From contig CAZACJ010000001.1 of assembly GCA_964483385.1 (NCBI GenBank), positions 18,780-82,779 of the forward strand: a stretch of DNA of 64,000 nucleotides, read 5' to 3'. Origin of the DNA: an uncultured Pirellula sp. Lineage in GTDB: Bacteria > Planctomycetota > Planctomycetia > Pirellulales > Pirellulaceae. Below the pieces are notes generated by a model. That model was not told the origin of the DNA. It saw nothing but the letters and a program-made list of their open reading frames with translations, and searched no databases. Shown here piece by piece: positions 16,629 through 24,908 of this stretch. Both the position numbers and the translations under genes were made by a program. Every line of letters begins with the position of its first letter. Within the stretch, counting starts at the first letter, position 1.

Positions 16629-18122
16629 TTATTGACTTTTAAGTGTTGGCGCCGTTCGAAATCCGCCTAATTTCGTTAGGACCAACTGCTCGATCGATTG
16701 ATAGGATTCCATTTTTGATAGGCGGCAAAGCAGCGCAAACGAGAGAACTCCAGCGACTATTTGTGTAAGTAACTGAACGTGAGGATTCGGGTAATCGTAC
16801 CAGCCTACCGCCGTCACTATGGCCCCCATCGTCAACGAGAGGGAAAGTACGGGAAGTAAGTCCCAGAACTGTCGTTTCATCGAGTAGCCGATCATGTTGG
16901 AGGTGTACGAGCAGTTGATGAAGTACCCAAAGATCGCAACGACCACTTGTCCGATTATCATTGGGACAATTCCGAATTTCCAAGTACCAGCCAGAAGCAG
17001 AACGGCGAACCCCTTCTTGATGAGTTCCAAGCGAAGAATGAGGTCTGAGCGTCCAAGTGCTGAAAGAACACTCGAATTGATTGCACTTAACGGGTGTAGC
17101 AATCCGACGATGCAAAGTAGTTGAAGGTAGGGAACAGAGGGCAACCATTTTGATGTATACACCACTTGAACTAAAGGTTCAGCGACCACTGCCAAACCTA
17201 CCATAAGCGGAAAATTTATCATGCCGAGGTAACAAAGTCCTCTGCGCACACCGGAACGCAGTTGAACCAAGTCGTTCTGGATGCTTGAAAAAACAGGAAA
17301 GGTGACGCGACCAATTGAGAAATATAGGTTTGAAGCGAGTAGTTGCTGAGTCACCCTCGCTCTGGAGTAAAACCCTAGTAAGTCCGGGGTATAGGCCTTG
17401 CCTATAACAAGTTCGTACATGTTCTGGAAAGTCGTTTCGAGCATTCCAGTGGCGAGCATTTTTGAACCAAAGCTAAACAGAGACTTAAGGGATTGAAAGC
17501 TGAACATCCAGCTTGGACGCCAGCCGACGAAACACCAGAGGAGTATCGCATGCAGTGAGCTGTAGCAAAGTTGTTGCGCCACAAGGCTCCAAATTCCAAA
17601 CCCAAAATAAGCGAGGCTCACGCCGAGAGATCCTGCGATAGGAAATGAAATCGCATTCACGCTAAAGAGAGTCTTAAAGTTCATCTGCTTGACGAGAATT
17701 CGGTGTTGGATTACTCCGAAGGAATTGATTAGGAGAAGGAATGAAAGACTACGGATCACGGGCTTCAGAGAGGGCTGCGAATAGAAAGTTGCGATCAGGG
17801 GTGCGACGGTAAACAGGAGTGCCGTGGCGAAGCAACCCATGGCGATATTGAAGAAAAAAACAGAGCATTCGTCGAGGCGGGTGACGTTCTGTTTCTGTAC
17901 CAGAGCGGATCCAAATCCGCTGTCAATAAAGCTCTGCGAGACGGCGATGAAAAACCCGACCAGCGCGATTAAACCGAACTCGCTTGGTTCAAGAAGTCTT
18001 GCAAGAAGGACGGCAAGTGCAAATTGTAGAAGTTGTTGGCAGAGCCTTTCAAGCGTACTCCATGCCAAGCCAGTGATCGCTTTTTTCTGAAGACTTTCTA
18101 CCATAAAAACGCGGTCCAACAC
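16629..18122 (-). CDS. wzx: Wzx/MOP-family oligosaccharide flippase (WzxC-like)
   Basis: 497 aa. LKKAITGLAWS-like start, LARLLEPSEFG, DSGFGSALVQ, LGFYSRA; multi-TM. Confidence 0.9.
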   Translation of the reverse strand: MLDRVFMVESLQKKAITGLAWSTLERLCQQLLQFALAVLLARLLEPSEFGLIALVGFFIAVSQSFIDSGFGSALVQKQNVTRLDECSVFFFNIAMGCFATALLFTVAPLIATFYSQPSLKPVIRSLSFLLLINSFGVIQHRILVKQMNFKTLFSVNAISFPIAGSLGVSLAYFGFGIWSLVAQQLCYSSLHAILLWCFVGWRPSWMFSFQSLKSLFSFGSKMLATGMLETTFQNMYELVIGKAYTPDLLGFYSRARVTQQLLASNLYFSIGRVTFPVFSSIQNDLVQLRSGVRRGLCYLGMINFPLMVGLAVVAEPLVQVVYTSKWLPSVPYLQLLCIVGLLHPLSAINSSVLSALGRSDLILRLELIKKGFAVLLLAGTWKFGIVPMIIGQVVVAIFGYFINCSYTSNMIGYSMKRQFWDLLPVLSLSLTMGAIVTAVGWYDYPNPHVQLLTQIVAGVLSFALLCRLSKMESYQSIEQLVLTKLGGFRTAPTLKSQ

Positions 18123-18257
18123 ATGGGTTGGCCCCTAAACGACCTCAAGCGACGCGTTGGACTCTGCATCAAGAGTGTACAGGCTGGCAACGTTCTGGAA
18201 AGTCGAAAACTATTAATTGTCCAATCGGTTGAAATGCCGCTTGTAGTAGCGGAAGCC

Positions 18258-19571
18258 TTACGCTTTGACCAGTTTTCCGCTGACTGGAATTCCGTGCATC
18301 GCGTTTCTCGTGTCGATAATGAGTTTTGACCACAATCCTAGTTCGATGTAGTTTACGTTGCGATGTGCTGTGACGATCAGAACCGCATCGGATTGGGAGA
18401 TTGTCTCTTCCTGCCAAACCGCACTTTGAACGCCAGCCCAATGGCTGTGTTCTCGACTGGGGCGGATAGTAGGGATGTAGGGGTCGTAATAGGAAACGTC
18501 GCATCCTCTTGATTTTAGGCGTTCGAGGAAAACATACCCTGGAGATTCGCGATCGTCATCTACATTGGCTTTGTATGCCAGGCCGATCATCAAAATTCGA
18601 CTACCGCGAAGGGGTTTTCCTTCGTCGCTCAGGGCCGACTCCAGTTTGTGGATGACGTATTCGGGCATGGATGTATTGACTTCGCCGGCTAACTCGATGA
18701 ACCGCGTTGACATTCCGAATTCTCTGGCTTTCCAGGTGAGGTAAAACGGATCGATCGGAATGCAGTGTCCTCCGAGCCCGGGTCCTGGATAAAACGGCAT
18801 GTACCCAAACGGCTTGGTCTTCGCTGCTTCTATAACTTCCCAGACGTCGATTCCCATGGCTTGGTAGACGACCTTCAGTTCGTTTACCAAGGCGATATTC
18901 ACGCCTCGAAAAATGTTCTCCAGTAGTTTGGTGGCTTCCGCAACCCGGCAGCTTGAGACCGGTACCACGTGGTTTAATGCTTGCGAGTAAAGTTCTGTGG
19001 CTCGTTTGAGGCAGTTTGGGGTAAGCCCACCGACGATTTTGGGGATTTTTTCTACGTGGCTATTGGGGTTGCCGGGGTCTTCGCGTTCAGGGGAGTAAGC
19101 GAGATGAAAATCGATCCCGGCTTGGAGCCCGGAGTGGCTCTCCAGTACCTCTCGCAGATCTTCGTCGGTAGTTCCGGGGTAGGTGGTAGATTCCAGGACG
19201 ACAAGGGTTCCGTGGTTTAGGTGCGGTGCGATTGCTCTTCCGGTGTCAAGCACGAAGGAGAGATCTGGATCTCTATTCTTGCTCAAAGGAGTTGGCACGC
19301 AAATGACAACTGCATCGCAGTTCTTTATTTCAGAAAACTCGGTGCTTGCCCTGAACTTACCCGCCTGTAGAGCATGTGATACTCTTTCGGATGGGATATG
19401 GTGTATGTAGCTAGAGCCTTGGTTTAGTTGGGCAACTTTGGACGGGTCTACATCGAGCCCGATGACGTGTATTTCCGACTTGGCGAATTGTAGGCTCAGG
19501 GGGAGTCCGACGTAGCCAAGCCCGACGACCGCTATCGTTTTAGCTTGAATAGATGCATGCTTTTCCGGCAT
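18258..19571 (-). CDS. Nucleotide-sugar 6-dehydrogenase (UDP-GlcNAc/ManNAc/GalNAc dehydrogenase, WbpA/WecC/WbpO family)
   Basis: Rossmann motif VVGLGYVGLP, ICVPTPL, ESTTYPGTT, YSPEREDPGN, KLLENIFR, catalytic GLGGHCIP. Start moved to ATG 19571 (MPEKHASIQ) because the longer track ORF runs through a terminator. Confidence 0.92.
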   Translation of the reverse strand: MPEKHASIQAKTIAVVGLGYVGLPLSLQFAKSEIHVIGLDVDPSKVAQLNQGSSYIHHIPSERVSHALQAGKFRASTEFSEIKNCDAVVICVPTPLSKNRDPDLSFVLDTGRAIAPHLNHGTLVVLESTTYPGTTDEDLREVLESHSGLQAGIDFHLAYSPEREDPGNPNSHVEKIPKIVGGLTPNCLKRATELYSQALNHVVPVSSCRVAEATKLLENIFRGVNIALVNELKVVYQAMGIDVWEVIEAAKTKPFGYMPFYPGPGLGGHCIPIDPFYLTWKAREFGMSTRFIELAGEVNTSMPEYVIHKLESALSDEGKPLRGSRILMIGLAYKANVDDDRESPGYVFLERLKSRGCDVSYYDPYIPTIRPSREHSHWAGVQSAVWQEETISQSDAVLIVTAHRNVNYIELGLWSKLIIDTRNAMHGIPVSGKLVKA

Positions 19572-19610
19572 GGTATTTTTGGGTGGAATAGCAGTAACGT
19601 CGGGATGAAA

Positions 19611-19642
19611 AATAAAAAAGGGGGGGATTGAATCCCCCCCTT
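19611..19642 (-). terminator. Intrinsic terminator downstream of the PEP-CTERM gene
   Basis: Inverted repeat AAGGGGGGGATT (19618-19629) / AATCCCCCCCTT (19631-19642). On the minus strand it is followed by a T-rich tract (A-run at 19611-19619 on +). Confidence 0.8.
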
Positions 19643-19670
19643 CTTCATTGAGTCTGTTATCGTCAAACAA

Positions 19671-20342
19671 TTACTTCTTGCGACGGCGGGCGAAAGCGAC
19701 ACCGGCACCCACGAGTCCGAAGACCGCCAAAGAGGCTGGCTCAGGCACAACTTCTCCGTTGATCTGGATGTCATCGATATCAAGCTGGCGGCTGGTCGTG
19801 TTCGCTTCGTCCTTGAAGAATCGGAAGAAAACCGTCAGGGTGTCACCTTGACGAAGGGTCAATCCGTCAAGCGAACCAGTCGAGTTCGAGAAAGTCGCAG
19901 CGGTACGAACGTAATCGCCAATTGCTTGCTCGGCACCGCCGTTCAACGATACACTCACGCGAACGCCGCGTTGGGTGGTACCGTTTTGATTCTTCGCGTT
20001 AAACGACAAAGAAGAAAGCTGAATCGGATTCCGTGCATCGTTGTTGGTAAACGTCAAGCTAGAGCCACGGGCGGCGAGAACGTTATCTGCGCCTTGGACA
20101 TTGAACAGCGAAGTACGCCAGAAATTTCCCGCGTTTCGGGATCCATTGTTGCCGTAAACGATGCCACCGACGCTTGTAGATGGACCGAAGTTAGACATAT
20201 TCGTCGCTGAAGCGTTGACACCTGAAGATACGGAGCCGCTTGCGTCCGTATTGAAGTTCCACGAAGCCAACAGGGCGGCGTTCGCAGTTTGCACTGAAGC
20301 AACAAGTGCAATTAACAAACCAAAAATTCGTACCATAATCAA
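19671..20342 (-). CDS. PEP-CTERM sorting-domain surface protein
   Basis: 223 aa. Signal peptide (MVRIFGLLIALVASVQTANA), Asn/Ser/Thr/Gly-rich body and a canonical C-terminal VPEPASLAVFGLVGAGVAFARRRKK. Confidence 0.95.
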   Translation of the reverse strand: MIMVRIFGLLIALVASVQTANAALLASWNFNTDASGSVSSGVNASATNMSNFGPSTSVGGIVYGNNGSRNAGNFWRTSLFNVQGADNVLAARGSSLTFTNNDARNPIQLSSLSFNAKNQNGTTQRGVRVSVSLNGGAEQAIGDYVRTAATFSNSTGSLDGLTLRQGDTLTVFFRFFKDEANTTSRQLDIDDIQINGEVVPEPASLAVFGLVGAGVAFARRRKK

Positions 20343-20735
20343 TTCCCCCGGAATCAGATTCCAAAAATCGTTAACTCAGTCATTCCCTTTTCATGCAACC
20401 CAACCGGGAATGCCCTGGTCGTTAGCACAGACACCTCTATGGTAGCTACTGCTTGGACTCGTGTCAAACCGTTCACGTTGTTTCGGCGAAAAAAGGTCTG
20501 GAATGAGGTAATTTTTCTGTCGTGGAGGAGTTTTTAGCCATTTTTTCCTTGGGTTTGCTAGCAAACGATGAATTTGGGATTTTTTCGGAAATTTGAAAAT
20601 GTTGTTCAGCTTCGCTGTTTCAAGGAGGTGCTTTGAATTATTGAGGGATCTGCCGAGGCGATTTGAACTTTTCGAAAGGGGGGGGCGGGTGTATCGTCAC
20701 GTTATATTACTGCTCGCTTTAGAAGGAGTTTCCGG

Positions 20736-21164
20736 TTGAGTTTTTCGACGCATACCTGTTTTTCGCTGGAGCAAGCCCGGTCGATGTTACCGTTGCTTAG
20801 GCTCATCGTTGCGGACATTTCGTTATCGCACCGGGAGTTAACTGAGCGGCGCTCGATATTGCGCAAGATGTTGCGAGGGCATCAGGGCAAATCGAAGTTT
20901 CAGGTGTACGATCAGGAAATAGCTGAAGTTCAGGAGGAGTTGAAGGCTCAGACGGCCAACTTGGAAGCGTACGTGGAAGAGTTAGAGCGGCTTGGGGTGA
21001 TTCTTCGGTCGGCCCACGATGGATTGGTAGACTTCCCGACTGTTTTGGGGGATCAGGCTGCTTTTTATTCTTGGCAGATGGATCAGTCGGACATTCTGGA
21101 CTTTCACTATGCTAGCGAGTCCTCGTCGGAGCGTCGTCGTTTATCGGATTTGGTGAGCGAATAG
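20736..21164 (+). CDS. DUF2203 family protein
   Basis: 142 aa. FSLEQARSMLPLL start, coiled coil, and GLVDFP...YSW...DFH motif. TTG start with AGGAG upstream. Confidence 0.75.
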   Translation: MSFSTHTCFSLEQARSMLPLLRLIVADISLSHRELTERRSILRKMLRGHQGKSKFQVYDQEIAEVQEELKAQTANLEAYVEELERLGVILRSAHDGLVDFPTVLGDQAAFYSWQMDQSDILDFHYASESSSERRRLSDLVSE

Positions 21165-21276
21165 GTGTTGTTTGTCGGGCCCGGGGCTGCGAGGTCTGCG
21201 GGTCGGTTGGCTTGTTGTGACTTTATTTCTTTTTGGTTTGTGCGAGTGCCGGACGGGCGCTGGTGGGGGTTGGGAG

Positions 21277-22626
21277 ATGATTGAGCCGAGAACGCTTAAG
21301 GGGTTTAGGGATTTTCTGCCGGCGGTTATGCAGCAGCGTGAGCGTTTGATGGAGATAGCCAGAGGTGTATATCGGCGATTTGGATTTGTGCCGATCGATA
21401 CTCCGGCGTTGGAATATTTGGAGGTGTTGACTGGCAAGGGGTCTGAGGAGACTGATCGCCAGATGTACCATTTCAAGGACAATGGCGGTCGAGCGGTTGG
21501 GATGCGTTTTGATTTGACTGTTCCGTTAGCAAGGTATGCAGCGCAGCATTTCGGTGAGTTGGGGGTTCCTTTCAAGCGGTATCACATAGCGCCGGTATGG
21601 CGGGGCGAGAGTCCGCAGGAGGGGCGGTTCCGCGAATTCGTTCAATGTGATTTCGATACGATCGGAACCACAGGGGTTGTTTCTGACATTGAGACTGCGT
21701 TGGTGATTCATGAGTTGATGAGCGCCATCGGGATCGAAAGGTTTCGTATACGGATCAACAATCGGCAGATATTGACGGGTTTGCTCGACACGTTGGGCTT
21801 GGTGGATCGAAGCACGGTGGTTCTTCGGGCGTTGGACAAGCTTGAGAAGATCGGTATCGAAGGAGTGGGCAGGGAGTTGGCGTCCGTTGGAGTGGACGAG
21901 CAGTCGGCCGCAAAGTTGTTTGAGTTTGCGACGATTCGTGGGGGGCACGAGCAAGTGCTTGGGCGACTGAAGGGTTTGCTCGCTGAGAGCGATTTGGCGT
22001 TGCAGGGTATTGAGCGATTGCAAGTCGTATGCGGAGCTTTATTGGCCGCAGGGGTTTCCTGTGAGCGATTCGAGATCGATGTTTCGATCGCTCGGGGGTT
22101 GGACTACTACACAGGGATTATCTTTGAGACGACTCTGTTGGATCTGCCGCAGATTGGAAGTGTTTGTAGTGGTGGTCGGTATGATAACTTGGCCGGTTTG
22201 TTCACCAAGCAGTCGCTTCCTGGGATCGGTGCATCTCTTGGGTTGGATCGATTGCTCGCGGCGCTTGAAAAGCTAGAGATGTTGCCGCGGGGTGTGCAGG
22301 GTGCGGACATATTCATTCCGTTGTTTGATCCTGATCGAATCAATGATTATTTTGCGTTAGCAGCTTTGGTTCGCTCGGCCGGGTTTTCAGCAGAGGTGTA
22401 CCCTGAGCCGAAGAAGCTCGGGGCGCAATTGAAGTACGCGGACGGCCGCGGTTGTCGGCTTGCGTTGATCGCCGGTGCTCGAGAGTTTTCGCAGGGGGTG
22501 GTTCAGATCAAGGATTTGAGGAGTCAGGTGGCGGTAGAGTTGCCGTTGGGAGCGAGCGACAGAAGTGAGTTTCTTGATCGTTTGCGAGGGATGTTGTCGT
22601 TGGACCGCTCGGTTGTCGCGCGTTAG
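21277..22626 (+). CDS. hisS: Histidine--tRNA ligase
   Basis: MIEPRTLKGFRDFLP, MRFDLTVPLARY, GRFREFVQCDFD, ARGLDYYTG, GGRYDNL, anticodon domain QLKYAD. Start moved to ATG 21277. Confidence 0.97.
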   Translation: MIEPRTLKGFRDFLPAVMQQRERLMEIARGVYRRFGFVPIDTPALEYLEVLTGKGSEETDRQMYHFKDNGGRAVGMRFDLTVPLARYAAQHFGELGVPFKRYHIAPVWRGESPQEGRFREFVQCDFDTIGTTGVVSDIETALVIHELMSAIGIERFRIRINNRQILTGLLDTLGLVDRSTVVLRALDKLEKIGIEGVGRELASVGVDEQSAAKLFEFATIRGGHEQVLGRLKGLLAESDLALQGIERLQVVCGALLAAGVSCERFEIDVSIARGLDYYTGIIFETTLLDLPQIGSVCSGGRYDNLAGLFTKQSLPGIGASLGLDRLLAALEKLEMLPRGVQGADIFIPLFDPDRINDYFALAALVRSAGFSAEVYPEPKKLGAQLKYADGRGCRLALIAGAREFSQGVVQIKDLRSQVAVELPLGASDRSEFLDRLRGMLSLDRSVVAR

Positions 22627-22755
22627 TTGTTGTTGGCTCAGTATGTCCTTTGGGGTAGGGGCTCCCTTGGATTGCGGGAGCTATGTCCACGATTATGGGA
22701 AGCAGATTGCAGTAGATTGCAATGGATGCTTGGCTTTTGTTAGGCTGGGATTTTG

Positions 22756-23190
22756 TTAGGCTGGGAGCGTGGAAGCTTCTGCGTACGACTCGTCCGTTTC
22801 CCAGATTCGAACCCGTGTAGCAACAGCTCCGGAACCGGCGAGGAGGTTCGGGCAGACTTCTTCGAGAAGGTATTTCGCCATGTTTTCGGCGGTTGGGTTG
22901 TATGGCAGGATGAACAGGCGGCAGGGGGTGACCATCTTGAGTGCATCGATGGCGTTTGTGTCCGCGTGGCAGACGAGAAAGCTGTGGTCCCAGTGTTCAT
23001 CGATCCAGCCTTTGCAGCGGGCTTTGAGGTCGGCAAAATCCATGACGCGACCGACGGTGTCTTGGGTGTCGCTGGTGACAAAAAAGTCGCAGACGTAGTT
23101 GTGGCCGTGGAAGTTCTCGCATTTGCCACCGTGTTGATAGAGTCGGTGTCCGGCGCAGAACTTGATCCGCCGCATGATGGTCAGAGCCAT
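22756..23190 (-). CDS. queD: 6-carboxytetrahydropterin synthase / PTPS family
   Basis: FCAGHRL...KCENFHGHNY, DFADLK, WDHSFL, NPTAENMA, VRIWET. Start moved to ATG 23190 (MALTIMRR). Confidence 0.88.
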   Translation of the reverse strand: MALTIMRRIKFCAGHRLYQHGGKCENFHGHNYVCDFFVTSDTQDTVGRVMDFADLKARCKGWIDEHWDHSFLVCHADTNAIDALKMVTPCRLFILPYNPTAENMAKYLLEEVCPNLLAGSGAVATRVRIWETDESYAEASTLPA

Positions 23191-23224
23191 TTTTGTCTTG
23201 GTTTCTGTAAGGGGTTTGGGGCTG

Positions 23225-23569
23225 TTACTGCAGTTTTGGATTTTCTGCATGACGCTTTGCGTCGCGTTTAGTTTTCTTTTCCAGGTTTGCTTGGATGGCT
23301 TCGTCGAGATTGATGCCTGTTTGGTTCGCGAGGCAGATCAGTACAAAAAGGACGTCGGCCATTTCGTCGGCGAGATTGTAGGCGTGGTCGGATTTTTTAA
23401 AGCTCTGTTCTCCGTAAGTTCTGGCAAAAATTCTTGCGAGTTCTCCGACTTCTTCCATGAGTACTGCGAGGTTTGTCATTTCCGAGAAGTATCGGACGCC
23501 GACGGAGCGGATCCATTGATCGATTTCGGACTGAAGTTCAGGGAGAGTTTTTGGGGTGGCTTGTTGCAT
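23225..23569 (-). CDS. MazG-like nucleotide pyrophosphohydrolase
   Basis: 114 aa from ATG 23569. EEVGELAR and ADEMADVLFVLICLAN give the ExxE/ExxD metal-binding motifs. Confidence 0.88.
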   Translation of the reverse strand: MQQATPKTLPELQSEIDQWIRSVGVRYFSEMTNLAVLMEEVGELARIFARTYGEQSFKKSDHAYNLADEMADVLFVLICLANQTGINLDEAIQANLEKKTKRDAKRHAENPKLQ

Positions 23570-23591
23570 TTGGTTTCTTGTGGCGTTGCTC

Positions 23592-23626
23592 TGAGGGTTT
23601 CGTGTGAGGGTTTCGTGTGAGGGTTT
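23592..23626. repeat. 13-bp tandem repeat, about 2.7 copies
   Basis: TGAGGGTTTCGTG TGAGGGTTTCGTG TGAGGGTTT, read directly from the sequence. Confidence 0.9.
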
Positions 23627-24213
23627 GGGGTGGGGGTTGCGGAGGAGTATAAGCGAATCTCTCGGAGGGGAGAGGGAGAGCATAGTGACGCATTCGTTGA
23701 GGTGCTGTATAGCCGATTGCTCCTTGGCGGCAGCTGTTGTTTTGGGGGGCGGGAAGATAGGAGCGTGTTCCGGTGTTTGCGAGGATTGGCTAGCCGAAGG
23801 GGTTCGCTCTTGCCGGAATCTTCCGAAAAATCCGCACAACACATCCGGTTGGACACTTGGTTTTTGATGAGGCAGCGGGTGTTGGTTTTTTAGGCACTGC
23901 TGAAAGATCCCCTCTTTGGGGGCGTTGCTTGTTTTCTGTGCAGTTGGGTTTGCTAGCCATAAGTCATTGCAAGCATTAGGTTTGTGTCGAAGGGGTTGAC
24001 TGGTGGTTCAGTATAAACGCGAAGTCCGCCGGAGGGAGTCTTGGGCAGGTCGCATGGTGCGACGCTTAGGGCTCGTCAAGGTGGACGGGTTGCCTCTGAA
24101 AGGTTGCCGGAGGGGAACAGCCGAATTTTGTAAGACGACCGTTTTGGGATTCTCGGGTATTTCTTCGAGTGAAGGGGTCTCTGAGGTTTGGGACACAGGA
24201 AGGTGCATAAGCG

Positions 24214-24837
24214 ATGACAATCAATATGGATGGAGCGTTGGTAACTGGGATGGAAGCGATGCATGGGATGAGTGCGGAGAGGGGTGCGGAGTCGGAGGGG
24301 GTGGTGAAGGGTGCGGGTGAGCGGATGGCTTCGGAGATGAGGGTATTTCAGGGGGTTGCCGATGAGTTGCGAGGCAAGCATTGTGTTTCGAAGGTTTTTG
24401 AGGATCGTTGTCATTGGGTTCAGCAGGTCGCGGCGGAGTTGTTTGGAGTTGCGCCGACTTGGACTGCATTTTTTCGGGAGACGCTGGGTGTAGACGGGGT
24501 GGCGCACCAGGTATTTCCGGAGGCTTCGGAGTATCGCAAGTATGAGGCGAGCGAGACTCATGGTAAATTGTTGGAGATGCTCACGGTGTTGCGTTCTCGG
24601 GATCTTCCGGATTGCGATCCGAGCGAACCGCAACGGATGATTACTGTGCGGATTCCGAAGAGCTTGCATGACAGTTTGTGCAAGGAATCCAATGATTTGA
24701 AGGTTAGCATGAACAAGTTGTGTATTACACGATTGTTGCAGCGGGTGGATTTAAGCATGTTGCCTAGTTCGACGCAGAAGCGACGTGGGCGACGACCGGG
24801 GGCCGAGTACCACAAAGGGGCTTCAGACGTTTCCTAG
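24214..24837 (+). CDS. Planctomycete hypothetical protein with C-terminal ribbon-helix-helix (HicB-like) domain
   Basis: 207 aa, start uncertain. C-terminal MITVRIPKSLHDSLCKESNDLKVSMNKLCITRLLQ fits an RHH pattern; central WTAFFRETLG. Confidence 0.7.
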   Translation: MTINMDGALVTGMEAMHGMSAERGAESEGVVKGAGERMASEMRVFQGVADELRGKHCVSKVFEDRCHWVQQVAAELFGVAPTWTAFFRETLGVDGVAHQVFPEASEYRKYEASETHGKLLEMLTVLRSRDLPDCDPSEPQRMITVRIPKSLHDSLCKESNDLKVSMNKLCITRLLQRVDLSMLPSSTQKRRGRRPGAEYHKGASDVS

Positions 24838-24894
24838 GTTGATTTGTATTTGATTGCCGGCTGTTTCGCTTGTTCCTTTTCGGGGGCAGTGAGA

Positions 24895-24900
24895 TACAAT
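24895..24900 (+). promoter_or_regulatory. Candidate -10 box for rnpB
   Basis: TACAAT ends 8 nt before the 5' strand of P1. The -35 match is poor. Confidence 0.35.
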
Positions 24901-24908
24901 CTTTGCGG

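Noticed and set aside
20343-20735. Sigma-54 promoter (TGGCAC-N5-TTGC) expected upstream of PEP-CTERM genes
   Set aside because: No GG-N10-GC match with the right context was found on either strand by inspection.
22530-22537. GGCGGTAG ops core in hisS
   Set aside because: Lacks the downstream TG and lies in a housekeeping coding region.
23996-24017. TTGACT...TATAAA sigma70-like promoter
   Set aside because: The spacer is only 10 nt.
24214-24837. HicAB toxin-antitoxin module
   Set aside because: No HicA-like toxin ORF adjacent; the neighbours are rnpB and an intergenic region.
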